DNA of 64,000 nucleotides from a virus (taxonomy: Duplodnaviria > Caudoviricetes), in the IMG/VR virus record IMGVR_UViG_2687453119_000006, positions 50,544 through 114,543 of that record. One strand, written 5' to 3'. Positions 38,206 through 47,528 of this stretch are shown in pieces (within the stretch, counting starts at the first letter, position 1; every line of letters starts with the position of its first letter). A model generated the notes under the pieces. That model was given only the letters and a program-made list of their open reading frames with translations, had not been told where the DNA came from and did no database searches. The position numbers were made by a program, and so were the translations under genes.

Positions 38206-38920
38206 ACTGGTGGGGATTCTTGACAAAATACCCCACCTGTTCTTAGAAAAGGCCTACGATGCGACACGTCTACAAACTGAGTTAGACGCCATCGATCCGG
38301 CACTTTTCGTGCCCTTCCGTTCCAAGAGCAGAAACGCTGACCACATCGCCGAGTTCTGGCGAGGTCTTTCGCTGGTCGCTCCGAGCGGATCTCTCCATGA
38401 CGATTTGACCGAGGTTCCATACGAAGGCCGCACAGGCTACGTCTGGACCCCGGTCGCCGAGAGCAGCCCCTACATCAAGCAGCTCGTGACCGAGCTTGGC
38501 GGGGAGGGGCAGCGCGCGCGGCTCATGTGCGTGAAGGCAGGCGGCAGTCTGACCTGGCACCGCCATGGATCAGAGCTTTCGATGATCGTCGGCGCCCACG
38601 GCCGGCGGCCGAACTGGTACGAGCTGATCGTCCACGTCCCCATCCGCACCAACCCGGACTTCAGCTACGAGGTCATCGACACTCGGGTCTACGAGCTGGC
38701 GGACTACTCGGCCGGGAAGCTGGAGATCCACCGGAAGAACTACCCGAAGGGCGAGGCCTGGGCGTTCAACGGTGCTCACTACCACAACGTCTTCAACCGC
38801 TCCGAGACCGAAGACCGCTACGCCATCATGCTGACCCTCGACATCAGGATGAGGAAGACGTTCGACATCGTGTCGAAGGCGGTCGAGAGCTACGAGGGGC
38901 CACTCCTGACAGGGCTCTGA
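38189..38920 (+). CDS. Asp/Asn beta-hydroxylase-like Fe(II) oxygenase
   Basis: RARLM...AGG.L.WHRH, VHVPIRTNP, GEAW.FN....H.V.N....DR motifs. Confidence 0.8.
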   Translation: MSKFAELVGILDKIPHLFLEKAYDATRLQTELDAIDPALFVPFRSKSRNADHIAEFWRGLSLVAPSGSLHDDLTEVPYEGRTGYVWTPVAESSPYIKQLVTELGGEGQRARLMCVKAGGSLTWHRHGSELSMIVGAHGRRPNWYELIVHVPIRTNPDFSYEVIDTRVYELADYSAGKLEIHRKNYPKGEAWAFNGAHYHNVFNRSETEDRYAIMLTLDIRMRKTFDIVSKAVESYEGPLLTGL

Positions 38921-38921
38921 A

Positions 38922-39344
38922 ATGGAAACCATCATCTCCGCGAAGCCGCCCGACGTGCTCGCGGACAACTTCATTGTCGCCACGAACGAAGACTGGGTTC
39001 GTGAGTGGCAAATCAAGAACAGCGGCGTGATCGTCCCGATCCAGCCCGACTGGAAGCTGTACATGCAGCTGCAGCGGACATCGACCGGCGATCTCGGCGT
39101 GACGTGCTCTACCGACAATGGCCGCCTCGTGGTCGTCGATCAGGGCGCCGGCAAGTTCGGTCTCAGGCTGAAGCAGGCGGACGCCGCCCAGATCAGCCCT
39201 GCGGGCTACCAATATGACATCGTCCTCGTTGCTGGCGATGGCATCTACCGCCTGGTGACAGGCACCATCACGGTCGACCAGGGGATCACCAACATCCCCG
39301 GCCAGGAGAAGTGGATTCACTATCCGCTGATCCTTCGACCGTAA
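38922..39344 (+). CDS. Virion structural protein, BppU N-terminal-like Ig fold
   Basis: YQYDIVL......RLV.G.ITV..GIT pattern. Confidence 0.6.
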   Translation: METIISAKPPDVLADNFIVATNEDWVREWQIKNSGVIVPIQPDWKLYMQLQRTSTGDLGVTCSTDNGRLVVVDQGAGKFGLRLKQADAAQISPAGYQYDIVLVAGDGIYRLVTGTITVDQGITNIPGQEKWIHYPLILRP

Positions 39345-39372
39345 CTCATCGCCAACAACCTTCACCTCCACG

Positions 39373-39398
39373 CCGCCCCCTTCCGGGCGGTTTTTTTG
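39373..39398 (+). terminator. Intrinsic terminator closing the baseplate-fibre-rSAM unit
   Basis: CCGCCC/GGGCGG stem plus T7. Confidence 0.85.
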
Positions 39399-39411
39399 TT
39401 TGGGAGAACCC

Positions 39412-40839
39412 ATGACTCTGCAATACCTGCACGGCATCGAGACGATCGAACTCGACAGCCCCTCCGGTCCGGTTGAGACCGTCAAGTCGAACGTGATCGG
39501 CTTGGTCGGTACCGCCCCGGACGCCGACCCGGACCTCTTCCCGCTCAACACCCCGGTTCCGGTGTTCGCTGACGCGCTTAAGGCGGGCCAGCTCAAGTCG
39601 ACCGGCACGCTGCTCGACGGCGTCGACGCCATCTACAGCCAGAAGTCGGCTGTGATCGTGGTCGTCCGCGTCGCCGAAGGTGAGTCCCAGGAAGAGACCT
39701 GGTCCAACGCGGTCGGCTCGCCCTCCGGCAAGACCGGCGTCTGGTCGCTGCTCAAATCGCGCCCGATGCTCAAGGTCATTCCGAAGCTCCTGGTCGCCCC
39801 CGGCATGACCTCGGGTCGTCCGACCAACGGCGTCAAGAACCTCGTCATCGGCGACGACGGTGAGGACTACGTGCTCGCCAGCACGACCCTGACGATCGCT
39901 CCTCCTCCGGCCGGCGGCCGACAGGCGAAGGCGGTCCCGCAGGTTGTCGGCGGCAAGCTGACCGGCGCAATCATCACCGATCCTGGCTTCGGCTACCTCA
40001 CGCCCCCGGCTGTGACGATCGGCGGCGTTGGCACTGGCGCAGCCGTGACGGCCACCCTCGGCCACGTCGCCAACCCGGTCGGCGTCTCGCTCGCCTCGAT
40101 CGTTGACCGCCTGCGCGCGGTGGCGATCCTCGATGGCCCCGGCACGACCTACGAAGATGCGATCGAGTATCGCAACGACTACGGCAGCCAGCGCATCTCG
40201 ATCGTCGACCCCGGCGTCCTGAGCTGGAACACCGAGAACTCCGTCTACGTGACCAAGCCTGCCTCGGCCTACGCGGCCGGTATCCAGGCGCGCGTCGATG
40301 AGGAGAAGGGCTTCTGGTACTCGTTCTCGAACGAGCTGATCCAGAACATCGGTGGACCCGCCCGTCCGGTCGACTTCATGCCGAACGACCGCGACTGCGA
40401 GGCGAACATCCTCAACATGAACCAGGTCACCACCATCATCCACGATGATGGCTTCCGGTTCTGGGGTCTGCGCAACACCGGGCAGGAGGCTCTCTGGGCT
40501 CAGCTGTCAGTGCGTCGCACCGCGGACATGATCTACGAGAGCCTGGAGCGCGCTGAGCGTCCGCGCCTCGACAAGCCGTTCAGCTACGCGCTGCTCGACG
40601 GCATCACCGAGGACGTGAACGCCTACCTCCGCTTGCTCAAGTCTCGCGGCGCCCTGATCGGCGGCGAGTGCTGGATCGACAAGAACGTCAACACCCCGGC
40701 GACCTTCGCCGCTGGTGAGCTGACGGTCGACTTCGATCTGGAGCCCCCGGCCTGCTTGGAGCACCTCCAGTTCCGCGCCCGTCGCAACCCGAAATACTAC
40801 AACGACTTCATCGAAGAGTTCAGCCGTCAGCTGGCGTAA
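39412..40839 (+). CDS. Tail sheath protein, FI-like
   Basis: YLHGIE, IGLVGTAP.AD, FPLNTPV, GFW.S.SN, FRFWG.R, SVRRTAD. Confidence 0.95.
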   Translation: MTLQYLHGIETIELDSPSGPVETVKSNVIGLVGTAPDADPDLFPLNTPVPVFADALKAGQLKSTGTLLDGVDAIYSQKSAVIVVVRVAEGESQEETWSNAVGSPSGKTGVWSLLKSRPMLKVIPKLLVAPGMTSGRPTNGVKNLVIGDDGEDYVLASTTLTIAPPPAGGRQAKAVPQVVGGKLTGAIITDPGFGYLTPPAVTIGGVGTGAAVTATLGHVANPVGVSLASIVDRLRAVAILDGPGTTYEDAIEYRNDYGSQRISIVDPGVLSWNTENSVYVTKPASAYAAGIQARVDEEKGFWYSFSNELIQNIGGPARPVDFMPNDRDCEANILNMNQVTTIIHDDGFRFWGLRNTGQEALWAQLSVRRTADMIYESLERAERPRLDKPFSYALLDGITEDVNAYLRLLKSRGALIGGECWIDKNVNTPATFAAGELTVDFDLEPPACLEHLQFRARRNPKYYNDFIEEFSRQLA

Positions 40840-40937
40840 GCGCTCTCGACGAAATCGCCCAAGCACCAACCCACAAGCCCAAGCAAGCCGATCCGGACTC
40901 CGGTCTGGGTCGGCTCTGTTTTTGGCCGGAGAATTAA

Positions 40938-41483
40938 ATGCCCACCACGACTCTGCGTGACTCCAACATCCTCCAGGACTTCACCGTCTGGATCGGTGAC
41001 AACGGCAAAATCGGTGAAGCTCCCAACTTCCAGCCCCCGGAAATCAACATCAACACGGAAGAGTTCCGTGGCGGCGGCATGGACGTCACCATCGAAATCC
41101 CGATGGGTGTCGAGAAGATCGAGTTCGACTTCGAACTGCACACCTGGGACGTGGACGTCTGGAACAACCTCGGCTACGGCCCCGGTTCGATCGACGTTCC
41201 CGTCAAGTTCTACGGCTACATGCTCACTCCGGGCGGCGCCGAGAAGGGCGTGCAGATCTACACGCGCAGCCTGATCAAGTCGATCAAGCCCAGCAAGGTC
41301 GAGCCCGGCAAGAAGGTGACGCTGAGCGTCCATCTCGTGGCGAACTACTACCGCCAGGTGGTCGACGGCCGGAAGGTCACCGAGATCGACGTCTTCAACA
41401 AGGTCACCATCATCGGTGGTGAAGACAAGACCGCGCGTGCCCGCACTCTGCTTGGCATCGGCGGCATCTCCAGCTCGCTCTAA
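40938..41483 (+). CDS. Major tail tube protein, FII-like
   Basis: EEFRGGGMD..IEI.MG.EK, YYR..VDG....EID. Confidence 0.92.
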   Translation: MPTTTLRDSNILQDFTVWIGDNGKIGEAPNFQPPEININTEEFRGGGMDVTIEIPMGVEKIEFDFELHTWDVDVWNNLGYGPGSIDVPVKFYGYMLTPGGAEKGVQIYTRSLIKSIKPSKVEPGKKVTLSVHLVANYYRQVVDGRKVTEIDVFNKVTIIGGEDKTARARTLLGIGGISSSL

Positions 41484-41503
41484 GAGCCTGAGCTGAACTA
41501 CCG

Positions 41504-41538
41504 AGGCCTCGCCAATCCCGGCGGGGCCTTTTCTTTTT
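41504..41538 (+). terminator. Intrinsic terminator
   Basis: GC stem plus T-run. Confidence 0.8.
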
Positions 41539-41563
41539 CTGACAACACAAGGTGTGCAATACC

Positions 41564-41848
41564 ATGTCTACCCCCACCCTCCAGGTTTTCAATCTCCAGT
41601 TCCCGTTCGAGTACCGCGGCGCGCAGTACATCGAGTTCAAGGCTCGCCGGCCCCGTGTGCGCGACCTCCGCAACTTCATCAAGAACGTGGACAAGGACGG
41701 CGTCGCCGCCATGGAGAAGGTTCTCGCTGACCTGTGCGAGGTCGACGAGAAGATCATCTCCGAAATCGACATCGAGGACTTCGCTCCGATGAAGGCATGG
41801 TTCGAAGGTTTTTTGAAGCCCATGCTGAACGAATCGACCGAATCCTAA
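41564..41848 (+). CDS. Tail assembly chaperone, GpE-like
   Basis: L..P......RRP.VRD...LADLC......I..ID.EDF pattern; between tube and tape measure. Confidence 0.85.
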   Translation: MSTPTLQVFNLQFPFEYRGAQYIEFKARRPRVRDLRNFIKNVDKDGVAAMEKVLADLCEVDEKIISEIDIEDFAPMKAWFEGFLKPMLNESTES

Positions 41849-41997
41849 ACGACTCGTTCCCCATCTTCGAGCGTTTCGGTTGGACGCTCGGAGATGTCGA
41901 GGCACTGGATTGGTTCGACTTCATGCTGGTCGCTGACGGCGTCCAGGAACTGAACAAGCGCGACGCTGAGGCTCGCGCCAGAGCGGCTCAGGGCTAA
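41809..41997 (+). CDS. -1 frameshift extension of the chaperone (E+E'-like)
   Basis: TTTTTTG at 41809-41815; -1 frame open to 41997 with FGWT...VEAL motif. Confidence 0.75.
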   Translation, partial: FFEAHAERIDRILNDSFPIFERFGWTLGDVEALDWFDFMLVADGVQELNKRDAEARARAAQG

Positions 41998-42018
41998 CGC
42001 CCTGGGCCTTTTCTTTTT
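41985..42018 (+). terminator. Intrinsic terminator
   Basis: GGCTCAGGGC/GCCCTGGGCC stem plus T-run. Confidence 0.75.
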
Positions 42019-42044
42019 GATTCTACTCACCACCGGAGCGGTTG

Positions 42045-45000
42045 ATGTCGACTGAACAGGAAATTCTCGATCTTAAGCTGAGACTATCGGCTGAAGAGCG
42101 GGATATGCAGCCGATCAAGCGCTACATGCGCGATCTGGAGCGCATGAACGAGCAGGCGAAGAAGCTCGCCAACGTCAAGCTCAGCACCAATTTTATTGAC
42201 GAGGGAACGCGCCGGAAGATTCTGGGCGCGAACCAGGCGGTCGACACCCTGTCCCGCTCGATGATGGACACAGCGCGGGCGGCAAAGGCTGCCGGCAAGA
42301 TGTCGCATTCTGCGTACACCACGCTGACCAACGACATCCTGGCCAACGCGGACAAGCTGTCCAGAGCCACCTCCAAGAAAGAAGAAAAGGACCTCACGAC
42401 CAGGCTCCGCCGGCAGATCAAGTACGCTGACGCCTACGCGGCAGTGTTCAACTCCGCCGCCGAGAGGCGTGAACAGATCGAGACCCGTATCCGTGACCGG
42501 ATCGCAAGGGCAGACGATGCGGCGGAACGCCAGCGCGAGAGGAACGTCGAGCGGACCGAGAGGGAAATCCTACGGCACCGCCAGCGCACCCAGCGCGAGC
42601 TGCTTCGAAGCCTGAAGGGCGGCTATGATGGCATGGTCGGCTTCGGCCGGAATGCCGCGCTGTATGGCGCAGCTGCTGCGGCCGGCACCGGCTACGCGGC
42701 CAAGAGCGCTCTTTCCACCCGCATGCGGATGGATACGGCCGAGACGAACATGCAGATCTTCGGCGGCCTGACGAAAGAGCAGGTCGAGAAGATGCGCTCG
42801 TCCTGGGGTGACGCCTCGGCCATCAAGTTTGGCCTTTCGCCCGACAAGATGATGGATGCCTTCACCGAAGTGGCGAAGGCAGGTATTCCTGACAGGATCG
42901 CCAAGGAAGTCACCGAGTCCATCATGAAGGCCTCGGTCGGCCTCGAAATGGATTCGGTCCAGACCACCAAGCTGGCCGGCGGCGCTGCCACCCTTCTGGG
43001 TGACATGAAGAACCTCGACCCGGCCAAGCTGACCTCGATCATGACGGCCATCGCGATCGCCGCTCGAGACTCGCGTGCGGACGCGAACGAAATCGTCGCG
43101 GCCAACCGTCGCGGTAGCTCCGTGATGAGCTTGGGCATGACCATGGAGGATCTGTCGGCATTCACAGCCGGCGGCATCTCGGCGGGCTTGCAGTCCAGCA
43201 AGACCGGCACCTTCATGGACTACATGGTCTCCGAACTCGTCAACGCGAAGTTCAAGAAGGGCGCCCGCGGTACCGCTCTCGGTGCTGCGGCTACCAAGCT
43301 CGGAATGGGCGGCAAGGCCGGTCTCTCGGCCGCCGCGGTTGCGAACCCGACCGAAACGCTCATGACCATCTTGGACAAGATGGGCGAGATGTCCGAGCAG
43401 GACCGCTCGAAGGTCGCCTACCAGATCGGCCAGCGTGAGTGGAGCGGCGAGCTGATGCAGTTCGTCCAGGTTCGCGAGAAGATCCGCGAGCTGCTCGGCG
43501 CCATCAAGGACCCGAAGAACAAGAACTACCTCGACGAAGCTTCGGAGAAGAAGCTCAAGTCGCTGAAGGGCCGCTGGAACTCGCTGATCGCTTCCTGGAC
43601 TCTGCTCTGGGAAACGATGGGCGCCGGCCTCGAACAGTCCTTCAATGAGATCGTTCCGTGGCTGACGAACTGGATCGCGAAGCTCGACAAAAGCAAGATC
43701 CGCAAGGCCGTCGAGAAGGCCATGGAGGGCATCGTCAAGGGTCTCGGCTTCGACAGCTGGACCGACCTGCTGGAGAAGACTCTCGGCGATCCGGAAAAGC
43801 TCAAGGTCAACGCGGAGCTGTTCTTCAAGGTGGCCAAGGGGTTCACCGAGGGCCTGACGAACGTCTTCACCGCCGTTGGAAAGGTGTTCACCTTCCTCGG
43901 CAAGATGTTCGGAGTCGACACCGCTGATCCGGAGGCGATGGCTCGGTTTGTCGCTGAGTTCCTCGGCTTCACGATCGCGCTGCGCTTCATTGCGCCGGTT
44001 CTCGGCACGCTGTGGACGTTGGCGGAGATCATCATCAAGATCGGCAAGGCGCTCGGCGCCGCCAAGCTCGCAAAGGGCGCGGTGGGCGCGATCGCCGGCA
44101 AGATTGGTGATGCTGGGTCTGGAGTGCTCGGCGGCGCCGGTAAGGTGCTCGGTGGCCTCGGTATCCTTCAGCTGCTGGAAGATACATTCGGCCAGGGCCA
44201 ATCCAACAGCTCCGACCAGATGAAAGGTCTGATCGAAGAGCTGAAGAAGGCTCGTGAGCAGAAGGAGAAGGAGAGGGCTGGCAAGCTCGAAAAGCAGTCG
44301 AGCATCGGCGAAGAGGTGAAGCAGCTAGGCAAGAACATCGAGAAGGTCGCCTTCCGGGGCGGCCTGACCGATTTCAGTTCCGTCAACCGCGGTGGCGGCA
44401 TCATGAACGCTTCCTACACCACCAGCTCAGGTGGCGGCGGAGGCGGGCTGTCTGGCAATGTCCTTTCGGGCGCCGGCACTCCCAACGCGCTGCTAGGCAG
44501 CACGCCGGGCCAGGCTCTTCCGAACTTCGGAGTCGGGTCTGGTGGCATCATCAAACGTGATGGCATCCCGTCGTTCAGCGGCGGTGGTGGCAGCTCGACG
44601 AGCGGCAGCGTGCCGAGCGTTGGCAGCAGCGTGCCGAGCATTGGTGGAGCACCGGCCGGCGGGCCCGCCGATATGAGTGTCGGCCAGGGTCTCAGTGGCA
44701 ATGCGTTCCTCCAAGCGCGCCGCGCCAGGTTCGCTGAGGAACTCAAGAACGATCCGAACCTGAGGCTTCACCTTGCGGCTATGCAGGCCACCGAGGGCGC
44801 CAGCAGGGGCGGTACGATCGAAAGCCTCATGAACCGTGCAGACATGCAGGGCAAGACGATGCGGCAGATGCTCGGCTTCTCCGCCGATGGCGTTCGCAGC
44901 ACCGACAAGTACGGTAGGCAGAACAGCTTCTACGGTCCCATCCGTCGAGGTGAGATCTATGGGGCAATCCGCAGGTTGCAGGCCAACCCGGCGGAGTTCG

Positions 45001-45488
45001 CGAAGTACGACGCCCTTACCAACCGCGCTCTCGCAGGCAGCCACACCATCGGTGGATATACCGACCAAGGATTGCCTACCGATCCCAACGGATCGGCGAG
45101 AACCGGTATCCCTGGGCTCAGGCTCAGAGGTCCGAACGGCAAGTTGGACGGCAACGAGTTCACCGACTGGGTTGGTCCCGGATCGAGCTGGGGTCGCGGT
45201 CGTGCTGGCGCGATCAACTACCGCAGGTTCATCGAGCAGGGCATCGCCGGCAGCGGCGACGCTCCGATCGGCTCAGTTCCGACGCCCAGCTCGATCACGA
45301 GTAAGGTGCCTGAGGTGCCGGCCGGTCAGACGCTCGGACCCGGAATGATGCGAGGCGGCTTCGGTCCCGCGACCATCAACATCAATGGCAACAGCCACGA
45401 TCCGGAATCTCTGGCGAACCTCGTGCAGCGTCGCATCGACGAGTCGATGCAGTGGCGCATGCACGACACCGAGTCCGAATACACCTAA
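42045..45488 (+). CDS. Tail tape measure protein with putative C-terminal muralytic domain
   Basis: About 1147 aa, helical and Ala-rich, after the chaperones; Gly/Ser linker then a globular domain. Confidence 0.9.
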   Translation: MSTEQEILDLKLRLSAEERDMQPIKRYMRDLERMNEQAKKLANVKLSTNFIDEGTRRKILGANQAVDTLSRSMMDTARAAKAAGKMSHSAYTTLTNDILANADKLSRATSKKEEKDLTTRLRRQIKYADAYAAVFNSAAERREQIETRIRDRIARADDAAERQRERNVERTEREILRHRQRTQRELLRSLKGGYDGMVGFGRNAALYGAAAAAGTGYAAKSALSTRMRMDTAETNMQIFGGLTKEQVEKMRSSWGDASAIKFGLSPDKMMDAFTEVAKAGIPDRIAKEVTESIMKASVGLEMDSVQTTKLAGGAATLLGDMKNLDPAKLTSIMTAIAIAARDSRADANEIVAANRRGSSVMSLGMTMEDLSAFTAGGISAGLQSSKTGTFMDYMVSELVNAKFKKGARGTALGAAATKLGMGGKAGLSAAAVANPTETLMTILDKMGEMSEQDRSKVAYQIGQREWSGELMQFVQVREKIRELLGAIKDPKNKNYLDEASEKKLKSLKGRWNSLIASWTLLWETMGAGLEQSFNEIVPWLTNWIAKLDKSKIRKAVEKAMEGIVKGLGFDSWTDLLEKTLGDPEKLKVNAELFFKVAKGFTEGLTNVFTAVGKVFTFLGKMFGVDTADPEAMARFVAEFLGFTIALRFIAPVLGTLWTLAEIIIKIGKALGAAKLAKGAVGAIAGKIGDAGSGVLGGAGKVLGGLGILQLLEDTFGQGQSNSSDQMKGLIEELKKAREQKEKERAGKLEKQSSIGEEVKQLGKNIEKVAFRGGLTDFSSVNRGGGIMNASYTTSSGGGGGGLSGNVLSGAGTPNALLGSTPGQALPNFGVGSGGIIKRDGIPSFSGGGGSSTSGSVPSVGSSVPSIGGAPAGGPADMSVGQGLSGNAFLQARRARFAEELKNDPNLRLHLAAMQATEGASRGGTIESLMNRADMQGKTMRQMLGFSADGVRSTDKYGRQNSFYGPIRRGEIYGAIRRLQANPAEFAKYDALTNRALAGSHTIGGYTDQGLPTDPNGSARTGIPGLRLRGPNGKLDGNEFTDWVGPGSSWGRGRAGAINYRRFIEQGIAGSGDAPIGSVPTPSSITSKVPEVPAGQTLGPGMMRGGFGPATININGNSHDPESLANLVQRRIDESMQWRMHDTESEYT

Positions 45489-45499
45489 ACGAAAAATCA

Positions 45500-45530
45500 C
45501 CCTGGCCCTACGGGGCCGGGGTTTCCCTTT
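45500..45530 (+). terminator. Probable terminator
   Basis: GC stem with TACG loop plus pyrimidine tract. Confidence 0.6.
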
Positions 45531-45548
45531 CACCTTTAAGAGGACTTC

Positions 45549-46073
45549 ATGGCAAACGTACTTATGGGCCTCGGCTCTTTGAACCCGGTTGCGCCGGGTG
45601 AGGACCCCACGACCGGCCTTATCCTCTTCTACGTTCCGCTGCCCGGCGTCGACACTCCGACGTTCGAGTCATTGCAGCGCGACGCCCAATTCACCTGGGT
45701 CTCCGCCGACCGACTGTCGCGAGATCCTGCGATGCAGTTCGTCGGTCCCGGCGAAGAGCAGATCGTCGTCGAAGGCAAGATGTATCCGTATCACTTCGGC
45801 GGCCTGTCCACCCTTCAGCGGCTGCGTGAGGCAGGCCGCGCCGGCAAGCCGATGATGCTTGGCCGGTTCTATCCGCTGACCGATCCGGTTGGCTACTCTC
45901 TTGAGAACCTCGGCAACTTCGTAATCAAGCGGGTGCGTTCGGTCGAGAGCAAGATCGGCGCTGTCGGAATCGCTCACAAGATCGACTTCACACTCGAGTT
46001 GAGCCGCTACGGTGACGATCTCGGCAAGAACGCCGCCGACGACGCGCCGATCGTAACGAGGATCAACACCTGA
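45549..46073 (+). CDS. Tail protein, GpU-like
   Basis: LQR....W....R....PAMQF.GPG.E.I..EG..YP. Confidence 0.88.
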   Translation: MANVLMGLGSLNPVAPGEDPTTGLILFYVPLPGVDTPTFESLQRDAQFTWVSADRLSRDPAMQFVGPGEEQIVVEGKMYPYHFGGLSTLQRLREAGRAGKPMMLGRFYPLTDPVGYSLENLGNFVIKRVRSVESKIGAVGIAHKIDFTLELSRYGDDLGKNAADDAPIVTRINT

Positions 46074-46300
46074 TGCCGACCGTCACCTACGTCACCAAGA
46101 TGTTCGATCGGCTCGATCGCATCTGTTTCGAGCGATATGGCTCGACGTCCAACCAGATCGTCGAATGGGTTATCGAGCAGAACCCAGGCATAGAGGAGCG
46201 CGGCATGGTGCTGCCCATCGGCCTCACGATCTCCCTTCCGGAGGCGCCCAAGGCGCTCACCGCACCCCCAGTGCTGAAGACGCTCTTCCTCTGGGACTAG
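46073..46300 (+). CDS. Tail protein X-like
   Basis: DRLD.IC...YG......V...NPG.......LP.G..I.LP...LWD. Confidence 0.9.
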   Translation: MPTVTYVTKMFDRLDRICFERYGSTSNQIVEWVIEQNPGIEERGMVLPIGLTISLPEAPKALTAPPVLKTLFLWD

Positions 46301-46328
46301 TTCCCCCTGGCTCATCTCTGGGTCAGAC

Positions 46329-46362
46329 AGGCCGTCCTTCGGGGCGGCCTTTTTCCTTTTTT
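46329..46362 (+). terminator. Intrinsic terminator
   Basis: Stem with TTCG loop plus T-run. Confidence 0.85.
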
Positions 46363-46373
46363 GGAGGCTGTGC

Positions 46374-47510
46374 GTGCCTACAGGTTACACCCCGATCTAC
46401 CGCATCTACAAAGGCGGGGTCGACATCACCGATCGCTTCAATGATCGGTGTACCCAGATCAAGGTCGATCTGACGGCCGGCGGTGGCGACTCCGATCACT
46501 GCACCATCACCCTCGACGATCGAGACTGGGCGATCTCGCGGCCATACCCCGGTGAAACGCTCGGCATCTGGCTGGGCTACGAGGAGCTGGGGCTTGCCTT
46601 CATGGGCACGTTCAACATCTCGGACGTGCTGTTCACCGGCCCGCCGCGCGCGATCCAGCTGGTCGGCGAGTCCGCAGGCCTGAACGACCTGCACAAGGCC
46701 CCCGTCGTCAAGGAGTTCGATAACCAGTCGATCGGCAGCATCCTCGGCAGCATGGCTGGGGCCAGCGGCATGGGTACCGCGATCAGCGGCGATCTTGCCG
46801 GCATCACGATCCCCTTCAAGAACCAGATCACCAGCAACTACCACATGATCCATGAGCTGGAGCGCATGTACGGCGCCGTTGCGAAGGTCGTGAACGGGCA
46901 GCTGCTGTTCATCAAGCGCGACGGGCTCAAGAGCGCAAGCGGTGCCGACATGGCGACGCTGATCCTCAACCCCGCGCACTTTGGCCAGTGGAGCGTCAAG
47001 CATTCCAGCCGTCCGACCGCAGGCTCTGTGCAGGCGTCGTGGTGGGACGACAAGGACATGGTCCGCCGCTGGGTCGATCATGCTGCCGGCGGCAAGGACT
47101 CCGGAGGCCAGACCTTCGGCGGCCCCGTCCAGCTGGGCGGAGTCTTCAACAGCGCCGCAGAAGCGCTGGCAGCCGCGCAATCAAAAATGGAAGCGCTCAA
47201 GCGGGCAGAAATGACCGCGAAGTTCGATCTCGCAAAGGGCGATCCCTGGATCCGAGATCAGCAAGCAATCCTCGTCACCGGAATGAGAGATGGCATCGAC
47301 GGAGGCTTCCTCGTCGACAAAGCCACCCACACGTACGTCAGATCTTCGGGCATCAAAACGACGCTCGAATGCAAGGCGTCTGGACCAGGCGATAACCTGG
47401 CGCTGGCGAGCAAGCAGTTTCTGGAGCCGATCGGGAACGAAACTGTAGGCGACCTTCTAAGTCACGGAATCGTGCCGCCAAACATCAAAGACATCTACCC
47501 GATCATGTAA
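46374..47510 (+). CDS. Late control/baseplate hub protein, GpD-like
   Basis: DIT......G..SD...ITLDD, .WLGY....L..MG.F, GIDG.F.V....H. Confidence 0.88.
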   Translation: MPTGYTPIYRIYKGGVDITDRFNDRCTQIKVDLTAGGGDSDHCTITLDDRDWAISRPYPGETLGIWLGYEELGLAFMGTFNISDVLFTGPPRAIQLVGESAGLNDLHKAPVVKEFDNQSIGSILGSMAGASGMGTAISGDLAGITIPFKNQITSNYHMIHELERMYGAVAKVVNGQLLFIKRDGLKSASGADMATLILNPAHFGQWSVKHSSRPTAGSVQASWWDDKDMVRRWVDHAAGGKDSGGQTFGGPVQLGGVFNSAAEALAAAQSKMEALKRAEMTAKFDLAKGDPWIRDQQAILVTGMRDGIDGGFLVDKATHTYVRSSGIKTTLECKASGPGDNLALASKQFLEPIGNETVGDLLSHGIVPPNIKDIYPIM

Positions 47511-47528
47511 ATCCCCAACGAGAGTCAA

